From an uncultured Gaiellales bacterium (GTDB taxonomy: Bacteria > Actinomycetota > Thermoleophilia > RBG-16-64-13): a stretch of 64,000 bases of DNA. Within the stretch, counting starts at the first letter, position 1. Each line of letters opens with the position of its first letter. The position numbers and the translations under genes are program-made. The notes beneath the pieces were generated by a model. That model had not been told where the DNA came from. It did not search any database and worked only from the letters and a program-made list of their open reading frames with translations. Shown here piece by piece: positions 8,860 to 18,334 of this stretch. The stretch spans positions 26,014 to 90,013 of the forward strand of contig CAYNPL010000007.1 in assembly GCA_964399135.1 (NCBI GenBank). The letters run 5' to 3'.

Positions 8860-11388
8860 TTGATGTCTGAGAAGGTCTATACGAACCTCACCAACAGCGG
8901 CCCGGTGACCGTTTACGTCAAGGACGGCAAGATAGTCAGGGTCCGTCCTCTGGTGGTCGCCGACGGCGACATGAGGCCCTGGACGATCGAGGCCGGGGGC
9001 AAGGAGTACTCGCCCTGGAAGAAGTGCACTCTCTCGCCCTATATCCATGCCGAGCGCCGCCGCATCCACTCCGACGAGCGCATCCGTTATCCCATGAAGC
9101 GGGTGGATTTCGACCCCGACGGCGAGCGCAATCCTCAGAACAGGGGTAAGTCGCGCTACGAGCGCATCTCTTGGGAAGAGGCCTCCACTCTGGTGGCCAA
9201 GGAACTCATGCGGGTCAAGCAGACCTACGGCGGCTCGGCCATCAGCGGCATCACCTCCTCCCACCACAACTGGGGCATAGTGGGCTACAAGATGGGCCCC
9301 TTCGCCCGCTTCATGAACATGATGGAGTTCACTCCGGTGCTGGACAACCCCGACAGCTGGGAGGGGTGGCACTGGGGCGCGAGTCACACCTACGGTTTCT
9401 TCTGGCGCCTGGGGATGCCGGAGCCCTACGACATGTTGGGCGACGCCTTGCAGAATGCTGAGATGATCGTCTACTGGTCCAACGACCCCGACAGCACCCG
9501 GGGCACCTACTCCGGCCAGGATTCGGCCTTGTGGCGGCAGTGGCTCAAGGAGAAGGGCGTCAAGATGGTGTTCATCGACCCCTTCTACAACTACACCAAC
9601 GCCGTCATGGGGGGCAAGTGGATCGCCCCGCGCATGGGGACCGACACCGCCGTCGCCATGGCCATCGCCTTCGTGTGGATCACCGAGGACACGTACAACA
9701 AGGAGTACGTGGCCGACCGGACCATCGGCTTCGAGAAGTTCAAGCCCTATGTGTTGGGTGAGACCGACGGGATGCCCAAGACCCCGGAATGGGCGGAAGC
9801 CGAATCGGGTGTGGACGCCCGGGTCATCCGGACCCTGGCCCGGGAGTGGGCGGCCAAGCGGACCATCCTGTCCGGAGGCTCCCGCGGCGGCGAGGGCGGC
9901 GCCTGCCGGACGGCCTACGGTACCGAGTGGGCCCGCATGATGGTGCTGCTACAGGCCATGCAGGGCCTGGGCGCTCCCGGGCGCAGCATCTGGGGCACGA
10001 CGATGGGGGCCCCCATGTACACCGACCCCTGGTTCCCCAGTTACGGCGAACCCGAGGGCCGGATGTCCAGCGCGACCCGGGTGGCCAAGTATATCCCCCA
10101 GAACCCCACTAAGCAGCGCCTGTGGCGCCTGACGGTGCCGGAGGCCATCCTCAACGGCCATGATGAGTGGTACGGCGAAGGCTTCTGCGGCAGGAGCCTG
10201 GAGCAGCAGTTCACGCACTTCACCTATCCCATGGAGGGCCACTCCGAGATCAAACTCTGGTACCGGTACGGAGGCTCGTTCATCGGCACCATGAGCGAGA
10301 CCAACAACTGGGTGCGCATGTATCAGAGCCCCAAGCTGGAGTTCGTGGTCAACCAGGACATCTGGTGGCAGAGCGAGACCCGCATGGCTGATGTCATCCT
10401 GCCCGCCTGCACCAACTTCGAGCGGGACGACGTGGGCGAGTGGGCGGCCATCAACGGCTACACCGTGCACGCCAGCTCGGGCTGCAACTACCGGGTGGTG
10501 GTGCGCGAGCAGAAGTGCATCGAGCCCCTGTGGGAATCCAAGTCGGACTACCAGATCTTCTCCCTCATAGCCGAAAAGATGGGCCTGCGGGACGAATACA
10601 CCGACGGCGGCAAGACCGAGGTCGACTGGGTCAAAGGTTTCTTCGACATCTCCGACCTGCCCAAGGAGATCAGCTGGGAGGAGTTCAACACCAAGGGCTA
10701 CCACATCATCAACGTGCCCGATGACTACAAGCCTACCCCGGGCCTGCGTTGGTTCTACGAGGGGCGCCCCTGCGACACGCCCGACCTGGGCAACCCCAAA
10801 CGCCTCACCGCGCAGCGGGCTGAACTGGGCACCTTCAGCGGCAAGATCGAGTTCGAGTCGGTCAGCCTCAAGCAGTACTTCCCCGATGACGAGGAACGGC
10901 CGGTGGTCCCCCGCTACATCCCGAGCTGGGAGGGGCACCACACCACCGAGTTGTTCGCCAAGTACCCCCTCGCTCTGGTGTCGCCGCACCCGCGGATGTC
11001 CTTCCACTGCCACTACGACAAGCACACGGACTGGCTGAACGACATCCCCGCCCACCGGATCAAGAAAGACGGCTACGCCTGGTGGCCGGCCCGCATCAAC
11101 CCTGAGGACGCGGCCCCGCGGGGCATCAACAACAACGACATCGTGCGGCTCTACAACGACAGAGGCTCGGTGCTCTGCATCGCCGTGGTCACCGGGCGGG
11201 TCAGACCCGGTGTCATCCACAGCTACGCTTCGTCCGCTCTGTACGATCCGCTGACTCCGGGTGACCCCAACGCCATCGACAAGGGCGGGTGCGTGAGCAT
11301 CCTCACCCCGGCGCGGATTATGTCCAAGAACGTCCCCGGCATGACGCCCAACTCGTGCCTCATCGAGATCGAGAAATGGGAGGGCTGA
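8860..11388 (+). CDS. Molybdopterin (bis-MGD) oxidoreductase catalytic alpha subunit, pyrogallol-phloroglucinol transhydroxylase (AthL)-like, copy 2
   Basis: N-terminus MMSEKVYTNLTNSGPVTVYVKDGKIVRVRPL and the blocks RYERISWEEA, SSHHNWG (the Ser-containing motif at the Mo-ligand position), NPDSWEGWHWG, TPEWAE...GV all match AthL as I recall it. No Fe-S Cys motif, no Tat signal. Probable true start is ATG at 8863. Confidence 0.85.
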   Translation: MMSEKVYTNLTNSGPVTVYVKDGKIVRVRPLVVADGDMRPWTIEAGGKEYSPWKKCTLSPYIHAERRRIHSDERIRYPMKRVDFDPDGERNPQNRGKSRYERISWEEASTLVAKELMRVKQTYGGSAISGITSSHHNWGIVGYKMGPFARFMNMMEFTPVLDNPDSWEGWHWGASHTYGFFWRLGMPEPYDMLGDALQNAEMIVYWSNDPDSTRGTYSGQDSALWRQWLKEKGVKMVFIDPFYNYTNAVMGGKWIAPRMGTDTAVAMAIAFVWITEDTYNKEYVADRTIGFEKFKPYVLGETDGMPKTPEWAEAESGVDARVIRTLAREWAAKRTILSGGSRGGEGGACRTAYGTEWARMMVLLQAMQGLGAPGRSIWGTTMGAPMYTDPWFPSYGEPEGRMSSATRVAKYIPQNPTKQRLWRLTVPEAILNGHDEWYGEGFCGRSLEQQFTHFTYPMEGHSEIKLWYRYGGSFIGTMSETNNWVRMYQSPKLEFVVNQDIWWQSETRMADVILPACTNFERDDVGEWAAINGYTVHASSGCNYRVVVREQKCIEPLWESKSDYQIFSLIAEKMGLRDEYTDGGKTEVDWVKGFFDISDLPKEISWEEFNTKGYHIINVPDDYKPTPGLRWFYEGRPCDTPDLGNPKRLTAQRAELGTFSGKIEFESVSLKQYFPDDEERPVVPRYIPSWEGHHTTELFAKYPLALVSPHPRMSFHCHYDKHTDWLNDIPAHRIKKDGYAWWPARINPEDAAPRGINNNDIVRLYNDRGSVLCIAVVTGRVRPGVIHSYASSALYDPLTPGDPNAIDKGGCVSILTPARIMSKNVPGMTPNSCLIEIEKWEG

Positions 11389-11392
11389 GAGC

Positions 11393-12229
11393 ATGGCACG
11401 CTTGAGCCTGCTGATCGACGTCACCAAGTGCAGCGGCTGCCACAACTGCTTCTTGGCCTGCCGCGACGAGTACTACGACAACGACTATTCCCCCTACTCG
11501 GCGCCCCAGCCGCTGGAAGGGCAGCACTGGATGCAGATCAAGGAGGTCGAGCGGGGGGGCTATCCCAAGCCCAAGCTCGACTACATCCCCCTGCCCTGTC
11601 TGCACTGCGAAGACGCTCCCTGCATCACGGCGGCCGCTGACGAGGCGGTCTACCGGCGTGGGGACGGCATCGTCCTCATCGACCCGGTGAAGGCCAAGGG
11701 CCAGAGGGACATCGTCCGGGCCTGTCCCTACCGGGTGATCTTCTGGAACGCGGAGCTGGACATCCCGCAGAAGTGCACCCTGTGCGCGCACCGTCTGGAT
11801 GAAGGGGAGAAGGAGCCCCGCTGCGTGGAGGCCTGCCCCACCGGCGCCCTGGCCTTCGGCGACATAGACGATCCGAACAGCGATATCTCCAAGCTGATGG
11901 CGGAGAAGAACATCGAGGTCTACCATCCCGAGTTCGGGACGTCGCCGCTGGTGAAGTACGTGGGGATCCCCAAGCGGTTCATCGCCGGAGAGGTGGTCCG
12001 GGACGACCTGCGCGGCGAGTGCGCCCAGGGGGTGAAGGTCACGCTGCAGGGGGCCGGCGGCACCTGGGAGACGACGACCGACAGCTACGGCGACTTCGAG
12101 TTCGAGGGCCTGGAGAAGAACGCGGCCTACACCGTGCGGGTGGAGCTGGCCGGTTACGCGCCGCGGACTTTCGACGTGGTGACCAGCAAGGACGTCGTCC
12201 TGGGTGAGATCGTCCTGACCCGCACGTGA
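11393..12229 (+). CDS. Fe-S (beta) subunit of AthL/BthL-like molybdoenzyme, copy 2
   Basis: CSGCHNCFLACRDE, PCLHCEDAPC, ACPYRVIFW and CTLCAHRL...CVEACPTGA ferredoxin motifs plus a C-terminal beta-sandwich domain. Lies 4 bp after alpha2 and is paralogous to beta1. Confidence 0.85.
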   Translation: MARLSLLIDVTKCSGCHNCFLACRDEYYDNDYSPYSAPQPLEGQHWMQIKEVERGGYPKPKLDYIPLPCLHCEDAPCITAAADEAVYRRGDGIVLIDPVKAKGQRDIVRACPYRVIFWNAELDIPQKCTLCAHRLDEGEKEPRCVEACPTGALAFGDIDDPNSDISKLMAEKNIEVYHPEFGTSPLVKYVGIPKRFIAGEVVRDDLRGECAQGVKVTLQGAGGTWETTTDSYGDFEFEGLEKNAAYTVRVELAGYAPRTFDVVTSKDVVLGEIVLTRT

Positions 12230-13419
12230 GAGACGTCGTCATAGTCAGCGCGGTCCGTACGGCAGGAGGCCGCATCGGGGGCTGCTTCAAGGACGTGCAG
12301 CCGGACGATCTGGCCAAGGTCGTCATCTCCGCCGCGGTCCAACGAGCCGGGGTGGACCCCGGCGACGTCGACGAGGTCATCATGGGGCAGGCCAAGCAGA
12401 GCGCCGACGCGGCCAATCTGGCCCGCGTCGCCGCTCTCAAAGCCGGTCTGCCCATCGAGGTGCCGGCCTACACGGTGATGCGCCAGTGCGGTTCGGGCCT
12501 GCAGGCCGTCAACAGCGCCGCCCAGGCCGTCATGTGCAGTCTGGCCGACATCGTGGTGGCCGGCGGTGTGGAGAGCATGAGCAACGCCCCCTACTACCTA
12601 CGGGGTGCCCGCTTCGGCTACGGGTCGGGCAACGCCGTCCTGGTCGACTCCAACACCGAGAGCCAGCCTCGTTCGCAACCGGTGGAGGTGTACGGCAACC
12701 TGACCATGGGGATGACGGCGGAGAACCTGGCCGTCAAGTACGGCATCAGCCGGGAGGAGCAGGACGCCTTCGCCCTGGCCAGCCAGGAGAAGGCGCTGGC
12801 CGCCGTCGCCGAGGGCCGGTTCTTGGAGGAGATCGTGCCGGTGGAAGTACCTCAGAGGAAGGGTCCGCCGCTGTCGGTGGTCACCGACGAGCATCCCCGC
12901 GCCACCAGCATGGAGGCGCTCGCTCAGCTGAAGCCGGTGTTCAAGACGGGTGGAACGGTCACCGCCGGCAACTCCTCGGGGCGTAACGACGGGGCTGCCT
13001 GCTTGGTGGTCATGGCGGCGGAGGAAGCCCAGCGCCGGGGCCTCGAGCCGATGGCCTTCATCCGCAGCCAGGCGGTCTCGGCGGTGTCGCCCGAGATCAT
13101 GGGCATCGGGCCGGCGCCGGCCACGCGCAGGGCGCTGGCCGCGGCCGGCCTCGACCTCGCCGACATCGGCCTCATCGAGCTCAACGAGGCCTTCGCCGCT
13201 CAGAGTCTGGCCGTGATCAAAGAGCTGGGCCTCGACCAGACCATCGTCAACGTCAACGGCGGCGCCATCGCGCTCGGACATCCGTTGGGCTGTTCGGGCG
13301 CGCGTATCCTCACCACCCTGCTCTTCGAGATGAAGCGGCGGGGCACCCGCTACGGGCTTGCTACCATCTGCATAGCCGGTGGGCAGGGCATCGCCACCAT
13401 CGTGGAGGCAGCCGCCTAG
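12226..13419 (+). CDS. Acetyl-CoA C-acetyltransferase (thiolase II family)
   Basis: N-terminal [15 protein letters not shown], active-site Cys in [10 protein letters not shown], and C-terminal [18 protein letters not shown]...CIAGGQG thiolase signatures. GTG start overlaps the beta2 stop (GTGA). Confidence 0.85.
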   Translation: MRDVVIVSAVRTAGGRIGGCFKDVQPDDLAKVVISAAVQRAGVDPGDVDEVIMGQAKQSADAANLARVAALKAGLPIEVPAYTVMRQCGSGLQAVNSAAQAVMCSLADIVVAGGVESMSNAPYYLRGARFGYGSGNAVLVDSNTESQPRSQPVEVYGNLTMGMTAENLAVKYGISREEQDAFALASQEKALAAVAEGRFLEEIVPVEVPQRKGPPLSVVTDEHPRATSMEALAQLKPVFKTGGTVTAGNSSGRNDGAACLVVMAAEEAQRRGLEPMAFIRSQAVSAVSPEIMGIGPAPATRRALAAAGLDLADIGLIELNEAFAAQSLAVIKELGLDQTIVNVNGGAIALGHPLGCSGARILTTLLFEMKRRGTRYGLATICIAGGQGIATIVEAAA

Positions 13420-13455
13420 CTCCGCCGGCCCGCGGGCCGCCGGGAGAGAGACCGC

Positions 13456-14637
13456 ATGAACACACATGAATACCAGGCGCGCGAGGTCCTGGCCGGTTAC
13501 GGCGTGCCCTTCCCACCGGCCAAACTGGCCTTCACCGCCGCCGAGGTGGAACGGGTCGCCCGCGACCTGGGCGGCGCGGTGGTGGTCAAGGCTCAGATCC
13601 ACGCCGGGGGGCGGGGCAAGGCCGGCGGGGTCAAGCGGGCCGCCTCGGCGGAAGAGGCGCGGGAGTGCGCCCTGGCCCTGCTGGGCAAGTGCATCATGGG
13701 CCGGCCGGTGCGCAAGGTCTTGGTGGTCCAGGCCGTTGCTCTCGCTCGGGAGATCTACCTGGGGGCGGTCATCGACCGCGCGGCCCAGACCGTCACCCTG
13801 ATGGCCAGCGCCACCGGCGGGGTCGATATCGAAGAGGTGGCGCGGACCGCACCCGGGGCGATCGTCAAGGTGGCGGCCGACCCGCTGCTGGGGCTGGCCG
13901 ACTACCAGGCCCGCGACCTGGCCCGGGCGGTCGGGCTGGCCGGGGAGCAGGTGCGGGTGTTCCAGAGGGTGGCCCGGGGCCTGTACCAAGCCTTCATCGA
14001 GTGTGACTGCTCTCTGCTGGAGGTGAATCCGCTGGGGGTGACGACAGGGGGGGAGATAATCGCCCTCGATTCCAAGATGGTCATCGACGACAACGCCCTC
14101 TTCCGCCGGCCGGCGCTCGCCGCTCTCCGCGATGTGGACGAGGAAGACCCTGCCGAGGTGGAGGCCCAACGGGTGGGGGTGCAGTACGTCAAGTTGGGCG
14201 GCCAGGTGGGCTGCATGGTCAACGGGGCCGGCCTGGCCATGGCCACCATGGACGCCATCAAACTCTTCGGGGGGGAGCCGGCCAACTTCCTTGACATCGG
14301 CGGGGGAGCCCGTCCCGATCAGATCGACGCCGCCCTCCGCATCATCCTGCTTGACCCCCACGTGCGGGCGGTCCTCGTCAACATCTTCGGGGGCATCATC
14401 CGCTGCGACGTGGTGGCCCAAGCCATAGCCGGCCACATCGCGGGCGGAGGGGTGCGCGTCCCGGTGGTCGCCCGCCTGGTGGGTACCAACGCGGCTGAGG
14501 GCCGGGAGATCCTGTCCGGAACCCAAGTGCACCTGGCCGACACCATGGTGGAGGCGGCCGAGAAGGCGGTGGCTCTGGCCGGGATTGTTCTGGCGCCGAG
14601 CCGGTCGGGGGCGGCCGGAGGGACGGAGGGGCCGTGA
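13456..14637 (+). CDS. sucC: Succinyl-CoA synthetase-type ADP-forming acyl-CoA ligase, beta (ATP-grasp) subunit
   Basis: [18 protein letters not shown]...[18 protein letters not shown] and [15 protein letters not shown]...[14 protein letters not shown] are collinear with E. coli and M. tuberculosis SucC. Confidence 0.85.
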   Translation: MNTHEYQAREVLAGYGVPFPPAKLAFTAAEVERVARDLGGAVVVKAQIHAGGRGKAGGVKRAASAEEARECALALLGKCIMGRPVRKVLVVQAVALAREIYLGAVIDRAAQTVTLMASATGGVDIEEVARTAPGAIVKVAADPLLGLADYQARDLARAVGLAGEQVRVFQRVARGLYQAFIECDCSLLEVNPLGVTTGGEIIALDSKMVIDDNALFRRPALAALRDVDEEDPAEVEAQRVGVQYVKLGGQVGCMVNGAGLAMATMDAIKLFGGEPANFLDIGGGARPDQIDAALRIILLDPHVRAVLVNIFGGIIRCDVVAQAIAGHIAGGGVRVPVVARLVGTNAAEGREILSGTQVHLADTMVEAAEKAVALAGIVLAPSRSGAAGGTEGP

Positions 14638-15527
14638 GCATTCTGGTCGACGCCGCCAGCCGCGTCCTGGTACAGAACATCACCGGCCGGGAGGGGAGCC
14701 ACCAGACCCGGCAGATGCTGGCCTACGGAACCAACATCGTTGCGGGCACGGCGCCGGGCAAGGGCGGTCGGGAGGTGGAAGGCGTCCCTGTCTTCGAATC
14801 GGTGCGGGAGGCGGTGGATGCCACCGGGGCGACCGATTCCATCATCTTCGTCCCCGCCGCGTTCGCGCCCGACGCCATCATCGAGGCCGCCGACAACGGC
14901 CTGCGCCTGATCGTCTGCATCACCGAAGGGATACCCGTGCTCGACATGGTCAAAGTGTGCGCCCATGTCCGGACCAAAGGCTCCCGCCTACTGGGACCCA
15001 ACTGCCCGGGTGCCATCAGCCCCGGCTTGTGCAAGCTGGGCATCATGCCGGCGGAGGTGTTCACCCCGGGGCCGGTGGGGCTGGTGTCCCGCAGCGGCAC
15101 CCTCACCTATGAGGTGGCCCAGCAGCTCACCTCCCTGGGAGTGGGGCAGTCCACGTGCGTGGGCATCGGCGGAGACCCGGTGGTAGGCACCTCTTTCACC
15201 GACATCTTGGCCCTCTTTGAGGAAGACCCGGCCACCAAGGTCATCGCCATGATCGGCGAGATCGGGGGCGCGGCCGAAGAGGCGGCGGCCGCCTTCATCG
15301 CCGAACGGGTGACCAAGCCGGTGGTGGCCTTCGTGGCCGGCAAAACGGCCCCACCCGGCAGGCGCATGGGTCACGCCGGAGCCATCGTCTCGGCCGGACA
15401 GGGCACGGCGGCCGGGAAGATCGCCGCGCTGGAGGCGGCGGGGGTGACCGTCGGCGGGACCATGGAGAAGACCACCGAGGCGGTGGCCGCCATAGCCGCC
15501 GGCCTGGGCCTGCGGGGCGGCGCCTGA
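14634..15527 (+). CDS. sucD: Succinyl-CoA synthetase-type ligase, alpha (CoA-binding) subunit
   Basis: Rossmann CoA-binding N-terminus and phospho-His motif [14 protein letters not shown] overlap with sucC. Confidence 0.85.
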   Translation: MSILVDAASRVLVQNITGREGSHQTRQMLAYGTNIVAGTAPGKGGREVEGVPVFESVREAVDATGATDSIIFVPAAFAPDAIIEAADNGLRLIVCITEGIPVLDMVKVCAHVRTKGSRLLGPNCPGAISPGLCKLGIMPAEVFTPGPVGLVSRSGTLTYEVAQQLTSLGVGQSTCVGIGGDPVVGTSFTDILALFEEDPATKVIAMIGEIGGAAEEAAAAFIAERVTKPVVAFVAGKTAPPGRRMGHAGAIVSAGQGTAAGKIAALEAAGVTVGGTMEKTTEAVAAIAAGLGLRGGA

Positions 15528-15555
15528 CCAGTGGTGGTGCGCCGGCCGCAGCCGG

Positions 15556-16272
15556 CTACGGGGCCAGGGAGATACGGGGCGTCTCGGCCGTGAGGTAGTC
15601 TATCCGGATACGGCCGCCGCAGAACCGCGCGATCAACTCCGCCACCTCGGCGCAGGCCTCTTCGATCTCCGCCCTGGTGACGGGAGGCAATCCGTCGACG
15701 TTGAACTCGATGGCCGTGGTGTCGGGGAGGGTCAGGGTGTGGTTGCCCTGGCGCCAGGTCCAGCGGCGGGTGAGGACGGTGTCGCCTTCGGCGAAGATGA
15801 CCTCCCCGGGAAGAGGGTGCTCCGTCTGGTCGGAACCGAGGGGGACGAACTCCTCGGTGCCGGTGGCGAACCGTAGCTCGATATCCCCGTTCAACAGGTC
15901 GATGGCGTGACCGCCGGCCGGGATGAGGTGGCGCAGCGACATGACGTTGCCGATGTCGACCAGGGCGTTGATGGCGGGGAGCTCGTCGCCCCGCAGGGCC
16001 CGTCTGGCCATGGCCTCCACCGACGAGCGGAACTCGGCGGGCTTGGCCCCGAAAGCGCGGTAGGCGTCACGCCAGGCCTTGATGCGGGGCTCCTCGGCGA
16101 TCTTCTCGAGGTCGACCCGGGCCCGCACCGACGCCTCCGCCTCGCGGAGCATGGCCACCAGCTCTTCCGGAGAGGGGCCGTTCTTGACGTCATGGGCTAT
16201 GACCACGCCTCGGACGTAGCCGGGGAACCGCTCGAAGATCTCGGGGGCGATGCTGTATTCGAAGTACGGCAT
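15556..16272 (-). CDS. Stand-alone B3/4 tRNA-binding-like domain protein (PheT B3/4 family)
   Basis: 238 aa. Motifs KAWRDAYRAFGAKP and NALVDIGNVMSLRHLIPAGGHAIDL resemble the B3/4 domain of Phe-tRNA synthetase beta subunit. No synthetase core. Confidence 0.5.
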   Translation of the reverse strand: MPYFEYSIAPEIFERFPGYVRGVVIAHDVKNGPSPEELVAMLREAEASVRARVDLEKIAEEPRIKAWRDAYRAFGAKPAEFRSSVEAMARRALRGDELPAINALVDIGNVMSLRHLIPAGGHAIDLLNGDIELRFATGTEEFVPLGSDQTEHPLPGEVIFAEGDTVLTRRWTWRQGNHTLTLPDTTAIEFNVDGLPPVTRAEIEEACAEVAELIARFCGGRIRIDYLTAETPRISLAP

Positions 16273-16373
16273 GGTTACATCCCTGTCGCTAGGATTGACC
16301 GGGTGGCGTCGTTGTCTGACTCGATTCTACAGGCTATGCTCCCCTTCGGCAGGTGGAAGGGAGGAGGCATACG

Positions 16374-17651
16374 ATGCGCATCGAGCTCCCGTGGGGACCG
16401 GGACCGGCGACGGTCGAGATCGACGATCGCCGGGTGGCCGGCGTGCTGGGGGCGAACGTAGAGCGGGCGGCCGACCCCGCGGGTGTCCTGCGGGCGGCGC
16501 TGACGGCACCCGACTCGGAGTTCGCGTCTTTCTTGGCCGGAGCGCAGTCGCCCTTGCTGGTGGTGGTCAACGACGGCACCCGGCCCACCCCCTCGGCGGA
16601 GGTGCTGGGGGTGCTCCGCCCGGGATTGGAGGCGTGGGCGGAGCGACCCGGCCACGAGGTCGGCTTCGCGGTAGCCACCGGCACCCACCGGGCCGCCCTT
16701 CCTTTGGAGCTGGAGCGCATCTTCGGGGCCGACTTCTTGGCCGCTCACGGCGCGCGCGTCTTCTCCCACGATGCCAAGGACGAGGCCGGCTTGGTGGAGC
16801 TGGGCCGGAGCAGCCGGGGTACTCCCCTCTGGGTCAACAGACGGCTGGCCGAGGCCCGCAGCGTCCTGCTCATCAACTCGGTGGAGCCGCATTACTTCGC
16901 CGGCTACACCGGGGGGCGCAAGTCGCTCTTTCCCGGGCTGGCCGGATACCGGACGGTCTGGGCCAACCACAAGTTGTCGATGCAGCCGGGCTCGGAATCC
17001 CTGGTCCTCGCCGGGAATCCGGTCCACGAGGACCTGGAGGAAGCGCTCGCCCTGGGCATCGCCGGCAAACAGGTGTACTCAATCCAGTTGGTTCTCGACA
17101 AGGATCACCGCATCGGCTTCGCCGCAGCCGGGGATCTGGACCGGACCTTCCGCCGGGCGGTCGCCGTGGCCGACCGGCAGTTCGTCCTCGACATCGAGAG
17201 GCCCTACGAGGTGGTGGTCGCCGTCGCGCCGCCCCCCATGGACTGCAACTTCTACCAGACGAACAAGGCCATCCAGGGCGGCGTCCCGGCCGTGAAGGAC
17301 GGGGGCATCCTGATCGTCCTATCGGAGTGCCCTTTCGGGCTGGGCGAGAACCAGACACTCTATGACATGCTGGCCGCGGCCGGCTCGCCTGCCGAGGCTC
17401 TCGAGCGGGCCGACCAGGAGGAGTACCGGCTGGGAGTGCAGCAGGCCACCCGCATCGCCGCCGTGCTGCAAAGGGCTCAGATATGGGCGGTCACGTCGCT
17501 GGATGAAGCTCAGGTGCGGGCCATGTTCATGACCCCCTACCGCGATGTCCAGACGGCTGTCGACGCCGCTCTGGAGCAGCAAGGTCCCGCCGCCCAAGTC
17601 CTTTTCCTGAAGGAGGCCAGCATCACGGTGCCCCGGGTCCGGATTTCTTGA
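16374..17651 (+). CDS. LarA-family (nickel-pincer nucleotide-dependent lactate racemase-like) 2-hydroxyacid racemase/epimerase homolog
   Basis: Conserved LarA block EPHYFAGYTGGRKSLFPG (cofactor-binding Lys) and overall 425-aa length. The ORF opens at 16353, but ATG 16374 has RBS GGAAGGGAGGAGG. No larBCE genes in the window. Confidence 0.75.
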   Translation: MRIELPWGPGPATVEIDDRRVAGVLGANVERAADPAGVLRAALTAPDSEFASFLAGAQSPLLVVVNDGTRPTPSAEVLGVLRPGLEAWAERPGHEVGFAVATGTHRAALPLELERIFGADFLAAHGARVFSHDAKDEAGLVELGRSSRGTPLWVNRRLAEARSVLLINSVEPHYFAGYTGGRKSLFPGLAGYRTVWANHKLSMQPGSESLVLAGNPVHEDLEEALALGIAGKQVYSIQLVLDKDHRIGFAAAGDLDRTFRRAVAVADRQFVLDIERPYEVVVAVAPPPMDCNFYQTNKAIQGGVPAVKDGGILIVLSECPFGLGENQTLYDMLAAAGSPAEALERADQEEYRLGVQQATRIAAVLQRAQIWAVTSLDEAQVRAMFMTPYRDVQTAVDAALEQQGPAAQVLFLKEASITVPRVRIS

Positions 17652-17676
17652 AATGGCCTAGGCGTTTGGGTATCAT
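17648..17676 (+). promoter_or_regulatory. Candidate promoter for the tRNA-Tyr/Thr/Met cluster: TTGAAA-17-TATCAT
   Basis: -35 at 17648-17653 overlaps the LarA stop. -10 at 17671-17676 lies ~32 nt before tRNA-Tyr. Followed by motif GCACGTT, also seen before rpoB. Confidence 0.4.
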
Positions 17677-17708
17677 GCACGTTCGCCTCCGCGCGGGGTC
17701 ACGCGTGT

Positions 17709-17793
<85 letters not shown>

Positions 17794-17844
17794 AGCCGGT
17801 CCGCCGGTGGTCGGAACAGAGGCCGGCAGGGGCCGGCCGGATGG

Positions 17845-17920
17845 GCCTCCATAGCTCAGTTGGCAGAGCACTTCCATGGTAAGGAAGGGGTCCTCGGTTC
17901 AAATCCGAGTGGGGGCTCCA
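17845..17920 (+). tRNA. tRNA-Thr (anticodon GGT), CCA encoded
   Basis: Acceptor GCCTCCA/TGGGGGC (one G.U pair), D-arm GCTCAGTTGGCAGAGC, anticodon stem-loop CTTCC-ATGGTAA-GGAAG, T-arm CTCGGTTCAAATCCGAG. 76 nt. Confidence 0.85.
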
Positions 17921-17926
17921 TGGCGG

Positions 17927-18000
17927 GGCGGCGTAGCTCAGTCGGTCAGAGCAGCGGAATCATAATCCGCGTGTCAGAGGTTCGAGTCCTCTCGCCGCTA
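17927..18000 (+). tRNA. tRNA-Met elongator type (anticodon CAT; could alternatively be lysidine-modified tRNA-Ile). CCA not encoded
   Basis: Acceptor GGCGGCG/CGCCGCT, D-arm GCTCAGTCGGTCAGAGC, anticodon loop ATCATAA, T-arm AGAGGTTCGAGTCCTCT. 74 nt to the discriminator. Confidence 0.7.
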
Positions 18001-18053
18001 CCTCCGTATGTGGTAGCATGCACGGGCGTCAATGACTAGGAAGTGGTGAAGTA

Positions 18054-18203
18054 ATGCGGGTTCGGGTGACGATGGCTTGCCAGGAATGCAAGCGCCGTAA
18101 TTACACCAGCATGAAGAACAAACGCAACGACCCCGAGCGGATCGAGTTGCGCAAGTACTGCAAGTGGTGCGATACGGTCACCGTCCACAAAGAGACCAAG
18201 TAG
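18054..18203 (+). CDS. rpmG: 50S ribosomal protein L33 (zinc-ribbon C+ form)
   Basis: 49-aa [52 protein letters not shown] with four Cys. Below the ORF-track size cutoff. Position between tRNA-Met and tRNA-Trp matches actinobacterial synteny. Confidence 0.85.
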   Translation: MRVRVTMACQECKRRNYTSMKNKRNDPERIELRKYCKWCDTVTVHKETK

Positions 18204-18231
18204 TCCGGACAACGGAAGGCTGGGTGGGCGT

Positions 18232-18307
18232 AGGGCAGTAGCTCCAACGGTAGAGCGCCGGTCTCCAAAACCGGATGTTGGGGGTTCGAATCCCTCCTGC
18301 CCTGCCA
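18232..18307 (+). tRNA. tRNA-Trp (anticodon CCA), CCA end encoded
   Basis: Acceptor AGGGCAG/CTGCCCT, anticodon stem-loop CCGGT-CTCCAAA-ACCGG, T-arm GGGGGTTCGAATCCCTC. 76 nt. Confidence 0.9.
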
Positions 18308-18334
18308 CTTCTTCCCCGAGGCCGAACAGAGGCG

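Noticed and set aside
13420-13455. GC palindrome cggcccgcgggccg between thiolase and sucC as a terminator
   Set aside because: 14-nt perfect palindrome but only a 36-bp gap with a good RBS following and no U-tract. More likely an RNA structure or processing site inside a polycistronic transcript than a terminator.
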